A stretch of DNA of 64,000 nucleotides from Gemmatimonadota bacterium (GTDB lineage Bacteria; Gemmatimonadota; Gemmatimonadetes; Gemmatimonadales; GWC2-71-9): NCBI GenBank assembly GCA_039588295.1, contig JBDHAB010000007.1, forward strand, positions 128,001 through 192,000. The letters run 5' to 3'. Positions 1-11,764 of this stretch are shown in pieces. The stretch's first letter is position 1; each line of letters begins with the position of its first letter. The notes under the pieces are model-generated. The model ran no database searches and was not told the DNA's origin. It saw nothing but the letters and a program-made list of their open reading frames with translations. The translations under genes were made by a program, and so were the position numbers.

Positions 1-676
1 AGGTTGCGGTGATCTGGGTGGTGCCGCGCTCGGTCCCGGCGATGACGAGGCCGAACGCCTCGTCGGGCACTTGGGCCTTGGTGGGATCCGTGGAGGCCCA
101 GCCGATCGGCGTTCCCGGAAGCGGCTCGTTGCCATCGTCGAATGCTTCGCCCACGAACGTGACCGCGTCGCCTCCAAAGGCCGTCGTGTCGGGCGTGAGG
201 ATGCGGACGCCGGCTGCGTTCGCGCCGATCCCCGTGTAGACGAGGGGAATGTCGATGGGCGGAACGTTGGTCGGGTCGGTACTGGGTGTGACCGGGATCG
301 GTCCCGCCCGGAACGCCGTGTCGCCCGCCGGCGTGATCAACTGGATGTTCAGCGTGAGCGTTTCGCCTGCCGCGAGCAGGGCTACCGTGAGCGAGAGATC
401 AACCGCCGTGTCCCCAGGTTGGATGGGAATGACGGTGTCGAGGACCGGCGCCGTCTGTTCGGCGCGCGTGAGCGTGATGCGGGCTTCCGCCAGCGGGACA
501 AGCCCAGCGAGCGCGGTCTCGAAGGCCGGAACGAGCGCAAAGTGCCCGGTGACAGGAAGTTGTGGCCCCGCGGCATCGTCGAAGCAAGCGCCGCCGAGCG
601 TCGCTGCAAGCGCGACGACGGTGGCCAGACCGGAGCGTACGACACGATACCGTAAAAGCCGGGACGTGATTGGCAA
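1..676 (-). CDS. Putative lipoprotein with Ig-like (Big_2-type) domain; 5' part only, runs off the left edge
   Basis: Not in the ORF track because there is no stop in the window. The minus frame from TTG at 676 reads MPITSRLLRYRVVRSGLATVVALAATLGGAC-FDDAAGP (signal peptide plus lipobox Cys), then ...GEAFDDGNEPLPGTPIGWASTDPTKAQV...GLVIAGTERGTTQITAT, typical of Big_2 repeats. Confidence 0.7.
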   Translation of the reverse strand, partial: MPITSRLLRYRVVRSGLATVVALAATLGGACFDDAAGPQLPVTGHFALVPAFETALAGLVPLAEARITLTRAEQTAPVLDTVIPIQPGDTAVDLSLTVALLAAGETLTLNIQLITPAGDTAFRAGPIPVTPSTDPTNVPPIDIPLVYTGIGANAAGVRILTPDTTAFGGDAVTFVGEAFDDGNEPLPGTPIGWASTDPTKAQVPDEAFGLVIAGTERGTTQITAT

Positions 677-885
677 ACTGGCCTTCGCATGAGGGACGTG
701 GGCCCAGGATCGCAAAATGTGCGCCTCGAAACGGGCACCTGCAAGAGCGGACTTCACGTGCAATTGGTGGTGAGGGTCCTGCTGCTGTGGGACGAATGCA
801 ACACGGGGGCGCCCCAGGGTGGCCGTAGACAGGCGCCGCCGAGATCCCCCGCCTTCGGGGCCTGGGTCGTTCCCGCCGCGGATTC

Positions 886-2766
886 CTACCTGGTCTCCGG
901 GATCCCCGACTCGATCCAGGTCATTTCGTTCGCCATTACCCGCTGTGCCGTCTGATACAGCGCCACATCGTCGTTGTCGAACAGACGGTCGAAGCGAGCC
1001 TCGATCCGGCGCCGCGCAATCGTGCAGAAGGTATTCGCGAGTGTGACCGCCGTGCCGCTCTTCCCCCGATCCTCCGGCGAGGTGCTCGTCCGTAGGGACT
1101 GTGTCCTCGTGCAGGTGGCACTCATCGCGAACAGTTCGGTTCCGACTTCGACGAGACGAAACAGGACGGCCTGTCGCTTTTCGAGCTTCGGGCCGAAGCG
1201 CACGATCGCATGGAACAGCGCCCGCGTGAGGCGTCGCGAGGCACGGTTCACATAGCGCATCTGCCTTGCCAGCGGGCCGAACTCGCCGTACTTGGGCCAG
1301 CGGCCCCAGCCGATCCACCGTGCCGGGTACCACCCGGCGTAGTAGATCGCCGCCTTGACGAGCGCGGCCAGCTTGGCAGCGCCGGAGGCATCGGGGTCGG
1401 CGATCGTGCCGGCGATCTTGAGGTGCGAATCCACAACCTCGCGCGCGAGGAACAGGCGCAAAATCTCGGACGAACCCTCGAAGATCATGTTGATCCGGAA
1501 GTCGCGCATCAGGCGCTCAACCGGCTCGGGCTGCTCACCCCGTGCCCGGAGGCTCGACTCCGTCTCGTAGCCCCGCCCGCTGCGGATCTGCATCGTTTCG
1601 TCGATGAGTTCCCAGCCGCGCTCGGTGTTCCACATCTTGGCCATCGCCGCCTCGAGGCGGATGTCGAACTTGTTCTGGTCCGCCATGATCGCGGACAGCT
1701 CGGCAAGTGCGTCCATGGCGAAGGTCATTGCGGCCATGGTGCCGAGCTTCTGGGCGATTGCATCGTGCTTGCCAATTGGGTGGCCCCACTGGACCCGCTC
1801 CTGACTGAAGCGCCGCGAGATGTTCAAGCACTGCTTCGCCAGGATGGCGGAGGTGGCGGGGAGCGTGAGACGGCCGGTGTTGAGCGTAATAAGGGCGAGC
1901 TTCAGTCCCTTCCCCTCGCCCCAGAGGATGTTTTCTTTGGGCACCCGCACGTTCGTGAACCGCAGAAGTGCGTTCTCGATGCCGTGCAGGCCCATGAAGT
2001 GGCAGCGATGCGCGACTTCGACACCTGGCCAGGACGACTCGACGATGAAGGCGGTGATGCGACCGTCTGGAGTGCGCGCCATCACCACCATGATGGCGGC
2101 GACTGTCCCATTGGTGCACCAGAGTTTTTCCCCATTGAGGAGGTACGCGCCGCCGTCCTCCGTCAGCGTCGCTGTGGTCTGCATTCGGGCCGGGTCGCTC
2201 CCGACGTCGGGTTCGGTGAGCGCAAACGCGCTGATCTCGCCCTTGGCCAGCCTGGGGAAGTAGCGCTGCTTTTGCTCCGGTGTGCCGAACAGTTTGAGTG
2301 GCTGCGGAACTCCGATCGACTGATGGGCTGAGAGCAGCACCCCGATCGAGCTTTCATACGCAGTCGCCAGTGCAATCGCTCGGTTGTAGATCGTCTGCGA
2401 GAAGCCCAGACCTCCGTATTCCTGTGGGGCCTTGATCCCGAAACATCCGAGCTCCGCGAGCCCTTTGACGACCGTATCGGGAATCTTGTAGTCACGGTCG
2501 ATGGCCTCCGCGTCGACGTGTTCCTTCAAGAACGCATCGAGCTTGGCCAGCCAAGGTGCGGCTCGGTTCAGCTCATCCTGTGGGACACTGGGAAACGGGT
2601 GGATCAACTCGAGATGTACGCGCCCGTTGAACAGCTCCTTGACGAAGCTGGGCGCCGTCCATTCACGCTGCCGCGCAGCCTCGGCGACCCGGCGCGCTTC
2701 GCGCTCGCTCACATTCTCCGAGGCCTTCGAGTGGGCGCCTGATGTATTGGGAGCAACGGTAGTCAT
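886..2766 (-). CDS. Acyl-CoA dehydrogenase (long ACAD9/VLCAD-like)
   Basis: Motifs AFALTEPDVGSD, LNGEKLWCTNG, RVQWGHPIG and IFEGSSEI, plus a C-terminal extension. Start chosen at ATG 2766 (MTTVAP). Confidence 0.93.
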   Translation of the reverse strand: MTTVAPNTSGAHSKASENVSEREARRVAEAARQREWTAPSFVKELFNGRVHLELIHPFPSVPQDELNRAAPWLAKLDAFLKEHVDAEAIDRDYKIPDTVVKGLAELGCFGIKAPQEYGGLGFSQTIYNRAIALATAYESSIGVLLSAHQSIGVPQPLKLFGTPEQKQRYFPRLAKGEISAFALTEPDVGSDPARMQTTATLTEDGGAYLLNGEKLWCTNGTVAAIMVVMARTPDGRITAFIVESSWPGVEVAHRCHFMGLHGIENALLRFTNVRVPKENILWGEGKGLKLALITLNTGRLTLPATSAILAKQCLNISRRFSQERVQWGHPIGKHDAIAQKLGTMAAMTFAMDALAELSAIMADQNKFDIRLEAAMAKMWNTERGWELIDETMQIRSGRGYETESSLRARGEQPEPVERLMRDFRINMIFEGSSEILRLFLAREVVDSHLKIAGTIADPDASGAAKLAALVKAAIYYAGWYPARWIGWGRWPKYGEFGPLARQMRYVNRASRRLTRALFHAIVRFGPKLEKRQAVLFRLVEVGTELFAMSATCTRTQSLRTSTSPEDRGKSGTAVTLANTFCTIARRRIEARFDRLFDNDDVALYQTAQRVMANEMTWIESGIPETR

Positions 2767-2942
2767 TTGTTCCGTGGCCTCATGAAGTCGGTCGTGCAGC
2801 ATCGGTCCCGCACACTGGTCATCCGTCCTCTAGTGCCAAATATACCGTGCGCTCGTGTTCTCGTATGGCGCGGTGTAGGTTGCGCAATCCGGTCACGCAG
2901 AGACAACATTCGGCGGCGCCTTTTCCGCAGGTGTTGGAACCG

Positions 2943-4994
<2,052 letters not shown>

Positions 4995-5049
4995 AGCCGA
5001 GGGGCCGTCGCCGTGGCCCAGCGTCATATGGCCGAACGCTCCAACAGCT

Positions 5050-5700
5050 ATGACTGCGGCGGTGTCTGAGCCCTTGTATCCTTCGCGGTCGGGCGCCGGG
5101 GCCTTGCTCAGTCGGCAGGTGTACCACCGCGTGCGCCAACCTGTGGTGGTGCTCGGGATCACGCCGTCGGGTGTGGAGATCGCCGCAAGCGCTTCGAAGG
5201 CCATGGACACGGCCTTCGACGTGGTGGTGGCGACGCATGTGCGGCTGGATGGACTCGGCATCGTCGGCGCGATTGCTGAGGACGGGCGAGCCGCGTTGGA
5301 TCCGGCGTTCGAACCGCGATTTGGGATCATGGAGTCGCTCAACGCCGCGATCGACAGAGCCCGACGCGCGGTGAAGCGGGAACGCCTGCTGTTTCGGGGG
5401 CAACGGTCGCTCAGGTCAGTCACCGGCATGGACGTTGTGGTGGTAGACGGACACCTTACGAGCCCCTGGAAAGCGCTCGCCGTGGTCAACGCCGTCTCGG
5501 AAGGCGAGCCGGCGCACATCCTGATTGCGGCGCCGGTCGGGACCCAGTCAGTGCAGGAGCACTTGAGTGCACGCAAGGTCGAGTTCGTCTGCCCGACGAT
5601 CATCGTGGATCCCGCGGGCCATCCACGTCCCTTCGGGGATCCTGAGGACCCTAGCTCGGAACGCCTCCGTAGCATCGTCGTCGCGCGCGAGAGTACGTAG
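5050..5700 (+). CDS. Phosphoribosyltransferase-like protein with a degenerate PRPP motif
   Basis: YPSRSGAGALL, VVLGITPSGVEIA, GAIAEDG and ILIAAPVG resemble the small PRTase family. VVVVDGHLTS replaces the usual VDDGxATG. Confidence 0.65.
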   Translation: MTAAVSEPLYPSRSGAGALLSRQVYHRVRQPVVVLGITPSGVEIAASASKAMDTAFDVVVATHVRLDGLGIVGAIAEDGRAALDPAFEPRFGIMESLNAAIDRARRAVKRERLLFRGQRSLRSVTGMDVVVVDGHLTSPWKALAVVNAVSEGEPAHILIAAPVGTQSVQEHLSARKVEFVCPTIIVDPAGHPRPFGDPEDPSSERLRSIVVAREST

Positions 5701-5701
5701 C

Positions 5702-8182
5702 CTGCGGGTCCTCTTCACGCTGTGGTTGCTGAGTGGTGTGCCGCTCCACGCGCAGCTCAGCCCCCCGTCTTCGGGAGGCAGCGCCGAGTTGGACCGCCTG
5801 CTGCAACGCCTCGCCGAGACGCGTCGGCTACTGGTCATCGGTGCCCATCCTGACGATGAAGACACGCGACTGCTCACGGTCCTGGCGCAGGGACTCGGAG
5901 TGGACGCGGCCTACCTGTCACTCACGCGCGGCGAAGGCGGACAGAACTTGATCGGAGAGGAGCTGGGTGTGGGGTTGGGTCTTCTCCGGTCGCGGGAGTT
6001 GGAGGCCGCTCGCATGGTGGATGGCGCCCGCCAATTCGTCACGCGGGCGTACGACTTCGGCTATACGCGATCGGTGGCCGAGACCCGGGCCCTGTGGCCG
6101 CCCGATTCCATTCTGAGAGACGTGGTCCGAGTGGTGCGCCGATTCCGGCCCCATGTCATCGTCTCCACCTGGTCCGGCACCCCGCGGGACCGTCATGGGC
6201 AGCACCAGATGGCAGGCGCGGTGGCGCACGAGGCCTTCGATGCCGCCGCGGATCCCGCGCGATTCATCGACCTGCGGATGGAAGGCCTTGCGCCTTGGCG
6301 GACGCTCACGCTATACCGCTCTACGCGGTTCGATGCTGGGGCCACGACGCTGACCCTGGAAACCGGCACCTTGGATCCGCGAACCGGACTGTCGCACCAC
6401 CAGTTGGCCATGGCGAGTCGCAGCCGACACCGCTCCCAGGACATGGGACAGCTGCAGACGCCTGGTCCCAACCGAACGCGACTCGGCCTCGTCCGCGATC
6501 GCACGAACGCGACAGATGGGCAGCTCTTCTCCGGTGTGCCCCGAGACACGTCGTGGCTCTCGCGGTTGGCCGACTCGCTGCGGAGCGCAGTCGGACCGAC
6601 GCGGCTCGCAGATGCAGTGGCGCCGCTGTCGGCGGCACTCGGTCGATGGCGACGCGAGGGTGGTGACGGAGCCCGAGAGCGCCTGCTCGAGCGCGCGGTC
6701 GCCACGGCGGCGGGACTCGTGATGGATGTCCGCTCGAGCGCCGAGACTGCCGCACCAGGGTCCGCGTTGGATGTCACGGTCTATCTGTACAACGGCGGGC
6801 CGCACGACGTGCGCATTGAGCGGCTGGGCGTTGTTTCGTCCGGGGCGTTCGCTGAAGCGGGTCTCGATACGGTGTTGCACCTCGCGCCGGCGGGGGAGTA
6901 CACGCACACGTTCCGTGTGGACGTGCCCGATGGCACGCCGCCCACGCAGCCGTACTTCCTCGAGCGACCTCGGAACGGGGCGCTGTACGATTGGAGTGAG
7001 GCATCGCCGCATGACCGAGCGGAGCTGTTTGCCGCGCCGCCGCTCGAGGGCAGGGCACGACTGCGGGTAGCGGATGGGCCACCGGTTCGGCTCGCACGCG
7101 AGGCCACGTACCGGTTCAATGACCAGGCGGTTGGTGAGCAGCGCCGCCCGATTCGCGTCGTCCCGCCGATTGACGTGGCGCTCGAGCCGGAGCGGGTGTT
7201 CTGGTCCACGACCGGCCCCGATCAGCGGGAATTCACCGTGTCGCTCACGTACCACGGGGTGGAGCGCGTGTCGGGTGACGTGGGGCTCGAGGTGGACGGG
7301 CGGCCGCTCGTGGCAGGGCGGCGCTTTGCGTTTGAGCGGGCCGGTGAGCGTCTCGTGTTCGCGTTCCCTGTTACGAGGGAGCAGATCGGAGGTGTGGGCG
7401 CTACCGTCCGCGCCGTCGCACGGACTGCTGACGGTGGGGTCTTTGACCGGAGCAGTGTCGTCGTTGACTACCCGCACGTGCGCCCGACGGCGTGGGTGCG
7501 TCCCGCCGAAGCAGCAGTTCGGATTGCGCAAATCACGCTGCCTGCGGTGGACGTCATTGGGTATGTGCGAGGCGCCTCCGACCGCGTGCCGGAGGCCCTG
7601 CTCGGCATTGGCCTGCCGGTAGAGCTGCTCCGAGCCGAGGCGCTCGCTCGGGGTGATCTGTCCCGCTACGACGTGATCGTTGTTGGCAGCCGAGCGTACG
7701 AAACGGACTCGGCGCTCGTCCAGCATAACAGCCGCCTCCTCGAGTACGTGCGGGCCGGCGGCCGCTTGATCGTCCAGTACCAGCAGTATCAGTTCTCTCG
7801 TGGAGACTATGCCCCCTATCCCCTTGCTATCACGTTCCCAAGCGATCGCGTGACTGATGAACGCGCGCCGGTTCGTGTCTTAGTGCCCGAGCACCCGACC
7901 TTCTCCAGTCCCAACCGGATCGGGTTGCAGGATTGGGATGGTTGGCCGCAGGAGCGCGGCCTGTACTTCGCAGGAACCTGGGATACGCGGTACACTCCGC
8001 TGCTCGAGATGCGCGATCCCGGAATGGACCCGGTGCAGGGGGCCCTGCTGGTGACGAGCTACGGCGCGGGAACGTACGTGTACACGGGAATCAGCTTCTT
8101 CCGGTCGCTCCCCGCCGGCGTCCCGGGAGCGTACCGGCTGTTTCTGAACTTGTTAGCCTTGGAACTTGGCGATGACCGGTAG
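5702..8182 (+). CDS. Secreted PIG-L/LmbE family deacetylase with Ig-like middle region and GATase-like C-terminal domain
   Basis: GAHPDDED, LTRGEGGQN, DFGY, HGQH, SRHRSQDMG and C-terminal WPQERGLYF. Start uncertain: CTG 5702 is preferred; alternatives are GTG 5567 and TTG 5726. Confidence 0.88.
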   Translation: MRVLFTLWLLSGVPLHAQLSPPSSGGSAELDRLLQRLAETRRLLVIGAHPDDEDTRLLTVLAQGLGVDAAYLSLTRGEGGQNLIGEELGVGLGLLRSRELEAARMVDGARQFVTRAYDFGYTRSVAETRALWPPDSILRDVVRVVRRFRPHVIVSTWSGTPRDRHGQHQMAGAVAHEAFDAAADPARFIDLRMEGLAPWRTLTLYRSTRFDAGATTLTLETGTLDPRTGLSHHQLAMASRSRHRSQDMGQLQTPGPNRTRLGLVRDRTNATDGQLFSGVPRDTSWLSRLADSLRSAVGPTRLADAVAPLSAALGRWRREGGDGARERLLERAVATAAGLVMDVRSSAETAAPGSALDVTVYLYNGGPHDVRIERLGVVSSGAFAEAGLDTVLHLAPAGEYTHTFRVDVPDGTPPTQPYFLERPRNGALYDWSEASPHDRAELFAAPPLEGRARLRVADGPPVRLAREATYRFNDQAVGEQRRPIRVVPPIDVALEPERVFWSTTGPDQREFTVSLTYHGVERVSGDVGLEVDGRPLVAGRRFAFERAGERLVFAFPVTREQIGGVGATVRAVARTADGGVFDRSSVVVDYPHVRPTAWVRPAEAAVRIAQITLPAVDVIGYVRGASDRVPEALLGIGLPVELLRAEALARGDLSRYDVIVVGSRAYETDSALVQHNSRLLEYVRAGGRLIVQYQQYQFSRGDYAPYPLAITFPSDRVTDERAPVRVLVPEHPTFSSPNRIGLQDWDGWPQERGLYFAGTWDTRYTPLLEMRDPGMDPVQGALLVTSYGAGTYVYTGISFFRSLPAGVPGAYRLFLNLLALELGDDR

Positions 8183-9102
8183 ACGACTCGCCTGGACGCT
8201 GTGGCTCACCGTGGTGACCGGCGGACTTCTGGCCTGCGGTGACGGACGAACACCGCTCGTCGTCTATTCCCCCCACGGGCGGGAGCTGCTCACGCTGGTC
8301 GAGGAACGATTCGAAGCGGCTAATCTCGATGTCGATGTTCGTTGGCTCGATATGGGCTCGCAAGATGCACTCGACCGCATCCGATCCGAACGTGCCAACC
8401 CTCAAGCCGACATCTGGTTCGGCGGGACCTCCGCCTTGTTCCGTCGTGCGGCGGCGGATTCCTTGCTCGAACCGTATCGGCCGTCGTGGGCAGGGGCCGT
8501 GCCCGCGCGGGGCAGGGGACCCGGAGACCTGTACTTCGCGGTGTACGAGACGCCTGCCGTCATCGCCTACAACACGGACGCGTTGGCGCCGGAGGCGGTG
8601 CCAACCGACTGGGATGCCGTGTTGGATTCCAAGTGGCGGGGAGAGGTCATCATTCGGGAGCCCATGGCGTCCGGCACCATGCGGACGATCTCAGAAGCTC
8701 CTGCGTCAGGAAGGAGTGCTCACGTTGTGGGACCTGCCCGATATCCTCGTGGAGAGCGACAAGGGGAGTCCGTTTGGATTTGTGCTTCCGACGAGCGGGA
8801 CGCCGGTCATCGAGGATCCCATCGCCGTCGTACGCGGCGCGCCGCACCTCGAGCAAGCGCGGGATTTCGTAGAGTTTGTCGGCTCCGTCGAGGCGCAACG
8901 CCTGGCCGCCGCCCACGCCTTCCGGCTACCAGCTCGGATCGATCTTCCGCCCGACTCCCTCCCCGATTGGACGCGTGACGTGCGGCGTCGCCTCGTGGTT
9001 GCCGAGATCGACTGGACGATCCTGGCCGAGCATGGAGCGGCATGGATGAGCTACTGGGATCGTACGGTGCGCGGGCGGGGGTCGGGCGGACGGCGCCGAT
9101 GA
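8172..9102 (+). pseudogene. Fe3+/thiamine-class ABC substrate-binding lipoprotein, frameshifted near 8691
   Basis: The first frame gives lipobox LLAC, VVYSPHG, NPQADIWFGG...ASGTMRTI (to 8690). SBP-like sequence continues in another frame from 8692 (QKLLRQEG...PTSGTPVIEDPIAVVRGAPH...) to TGA 9102, which overlaps the next ATG. Confidence 0.8.
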
Positions 9103-10133
9103 GCGAGGCATTTCTCGAACTCACAGGTCTCTCCAAGCGGTTCGACGAGCATCAGGCAGTGGCGGATCTCAGCCTGGCGGTGCCGCAGGGAACTGTGCTC
9201 GCGCTCCTCGGCCCGAGCGGCAGCGGTAAGACGACGACACTGCGTCTCCTCGCCGGCTTTGAACAGCCCGATCACGGACAGGTCATCGTTGGTGGACGCG
9301 ATGTGACCAAGTTGGCACCGGCGGCGCGCCGCTTCGGCATGGTGTTTCAGCATTACGCGCTGTTCCCCCATCTGACCGTGGGCCAGAATGTGGCGTTCGG
9401 CCTCGCCGGACGATTCTCGAGGGACGAACGGGTACGTCGTGTCGCTGAGGTGCTCGGGCTGGTCGACCTCACGGGATTCGCCGATCGATCGGTGGGAGCG
9501 CTCTCAGGTGGTCAGCAGCAGCGGGTTGCCGTTGCGCGGGCGCTCGCCCCGGCTCCCGAAATCCTCTTGCTTGACGAGCCGCTCTCCAACCTCGATCCGG
9601 GGCTTCGTGAGCGAACGCGTCGGGAGCTCAAGTCTGCGCTGGCCAAGATCGGCGTCACCACGGTGCTCGTCACGCACGAGCAGGAGGAAGCGTTCGCGCT
9701 CGGAGACCGGATTGCCGTTCTGCGGGACGGGCGGCTCGAGCAGTTCGGCACCGCCCGCGAACTCTACGAGCACCCGAAGTCCTTGTTCGTCGCGACGTTT
9801 GTCGGCCGCGCCTCGATCCTTCCCGGCATCATGACCTCCGACGACTCCGCGCGTATCGGCGCGGCGGCGACGTGGCCGGTCGAGACCCCCGTGACGCTGG
9901 CGGAGGCCGACCGTGTCTCGGTGGTCGTGCGTCCGGAGGCGGTCCGTTTTGACGAAAGCGGACTGCCGGGGACGGTGACGGCGCGAGGCTATGTAGGGGC
10001 GAGAGCGTATTTCACGGTCGATGTCGGCCCGGGTTCGGTGGAAGTGGAGGCATCGGTTGATGCAGCCGAGGTAGGTGCCCGGGTGCACCTCGACGTCGTT
10101 CACGCCTTGGCGTTTGCGGAAGAGGCTGCATAG
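9099..10133 (+). CDS. ABC transporter ATP-binding protein (FbpC/PotA family)
   Basis: Walker A GPSGSGKT, VFQHYALFPH, LSGGQQQR, LLLDEP, VTHEQEEA and a TOBE-like C-terminus. Confidence 0.95.
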   Translation: MSEAFLELTGLSKRFDEHQAVADLSLAVPQGTVLALLGPSGSGKTTTLRLLAGFEQPDHGQVIVGGRDVTKLAPAARRFGMVFQHYALFPHLTVGQNVAFGLAGRFSRDERVRRVAEVLGLVDLTGFADRSVGALSGGQQQRVAVARALAPAPEILLLDEPLSNLDPGLRERTRRELKSALAKIGVTTVLVTHEQEEAFALGDRIAVLRDGRLEQFGTARELYEHPKSLFVATFVGRASILPGIMTSDDSARIGAAATWPVETPVTLAEADRVSVVVRPEAVRFDESGLPGTVTARGYVGARAYFTVDVGPGSVEVEASVDAAEVGARVHLDVVHALAFAEEAA

Positions 10134-11764
10134 TGCGACGCCCGCGCGGTATCGCGCTCACGTTGGCTCTGGTGTGGCTCGTCGTCTATCCTGTGACACT
10201 CGTTGTCGTGGATGCCTTCCGTGGGGGAGACGGGTGGACGCTGCAACACGTCGCCGCGTTCGCTCGGGAGCCACGGGAGTGGACGGCGTTGTGGAACAGC
10301 CTGTGGATCTCCGGGTTGAGTGTGGCCCTCGCGGGAGCCATTGGCGTCCCGCTGGGGTTCGTGTTCGAGCGACTACGGTTTCCCGGCCAGCGCGTTCTCG
10401 GCGCGCTCGTGGCGCTCCCGGCCGTGCTCCCGCCGTTGGTCGGGGTCATCGCGTTCCTCTTCCTGTATGGCGAGAGCGGGTTCGTGCCCCGCGCCATCAT
10501 GCTCGCTCTGGGTCTCGATGACGCGCCATGGCGACTCCGCGGTGCGGGAGCGATTCTGCTCGTTCATGCCTACTCGATGTACGTGTACTTCTATCTCTTC
10601 ACACGTGCCGGTTTGGCAAAGATCGACGTCTCGATGCTCGAGGCTTCCCATGCACTCGGCAGCGGCCATTGGAGCACGTTTCGTCGGGTGACGCTCCCCC
10701 TCCTGCGACCGCAACTGGCTGCGGCGTCGCTCCTCACGTTCATGACGTCGCTTGGATCATTCAGTGCGCCGTACATTTTCGGTGGAGACTTTCGGGTGAT
10801 GACAGTGCAGATCGTGACGACCAAGCTCAATGGCGATCTGCGCATGGCCGTCGTGGAAACCACGGCACTCGCGGCTGTGGCGGTGCTGGTTCTCCTGTTG
10901 CTGCGTGGCCAGGCCGGCGCGCGGTCGGTCGTTGCGGTGGGGAAAGGGACACCGCCTCACGCGCGAGCCCTGTCGCAGCCGTTCGCACGGTGGGGCGCGG
11001 CAATGCTCGGCTGGGTCTTCAGTGTCGTGCTCCTCTTGCCACATCTGACGCTGGTGGTGATGTCGCTCGTACCGCTCGGCACCTGGACAACCGAACTGCT
11101 GCCTCCGGCGTACACGTTTGCGAACTACGGCGCTCTGCTGAGTGAGCCCGAGCGCCTCCGTCCGCTCGTCAACTCACTCTGGATGGCGGGGGCAGCGACC
11201 GTTGGGGCGCTGGCGATCGCCCTCTGGGCAGGCCGCTACGTCGTGCAACGCAGGGCGACGCTTCGGAACGTGATTGAAACGCTCGTGTCGGTGCCGTGGG
11301 CGATTCCTGGAACGGTCCTAGCGATCGCGCTAGCGACGGCGTTCAGCGTTCGGGCCCCGTGGGTCGCGCGTTGGCTGCTCGTTGGAACGGTGGTCATCCT
11401 CCCGCTTGCGTACCTGGTGCGAAGCATTCCTATCGCCGCCGGGTCGGTGGTGGCAGGGTTCCGTCAACTCGACCCTTCGCTCGAAGAGGCAGCAGCCTCG
11501 CTCGGTGCGAGTCGCTGGCGCACCCTGCGTACCGTCACGATCCCGCTGTTACGGCCGGCGCTGCTCGCGGGTGGTGCGCTCGCCTTTGCCACGGCGGTAG
11601 GTGATTTCGTGACGTCGATCGTGCTCTACACCTACAACACCCGCCCCATCTCGATCGAAATCCTCGCGGCTCTTCGAGCCTTCGACGTTGGGACCGCAGC
11701 CGCCTACGGCGTGGTGCTCGTAGTGTTCTCGGCACTGGCAATGTTCTTGGGAACGAGACGATGA
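10133..11764 (+). CDS. ABC transporter permease (FbpB-type, two BPD_transp_1 domains)
   Basis: About 12 TM segments and two EAA loops (MLEASHALGSG, LEEAAASLGAS). Confidence 0.93.
   Translation: MRRPRGIALTLALVWLVVYPVTLVVVDAFRGGDGWTLQHVAAFAREPREWTALWNSLWISGLSVALAGAIGVPLGFVFERLRFPGQRVLGALVALPAVLPPLVGVIAFLFLYGESGFVPRAIMLALGLDDAPWRLRGAGAILLVHAYSMYVYFYLFTRAGLAKIDVSMLEASHALGSGHWSTFRRVTLPLLRPQLAAASLLTFMTSLGSFSAPYIFGGDFRVMTVQIVTTKLNGDLRMAVVETTALAAVAVLVLLLLRGQAGARSVVAVGKGTPPHARALSQPFARWGAAMLGWVFSVVLLLPHLTLVVMSLVPLGTWTTELLPPAYTFANYGALLSEPERLRPLVNSLWMAGAATVGALAIALWAGRYVVQRRATLRNVIETLVSVPWAIPGTVLAIALATAFSVRAPWVARWLLVGTVVILPLAYLVRSIPIAAGSVVAGFRQLDPSLEEAAASLGASRWRTLRTVTIPLLRPALLAGGALAFATAVGDFVTSIVLYTYNTRPISIEILAALRAFDVGTAAAYGVVLVVFSALAMFLGTRR

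Noticed and set aside
705..760. GCAAA...GAAA...GCAA pattern reminiscent of a c-di-GMP-I riboswitch
   Set aside because: It is on the + strand while the downstream gene is on the minus strand. The stem pairing is poor and the second hairpin is absent.
2860..2890. TGGCGC...TTGC sigma-54-like promoter before the S9 peptidase
   Set aside because: The spacing between the GG and GC elements is 3 nt too long for a -24/-12 promoter.
8680..8700. Programmed ribosomal frameshift in the SBP gene
   Set aside because: There is no slippery sequence or obvious stimulatory structure at the junction, and coding sequence appears to be missing.
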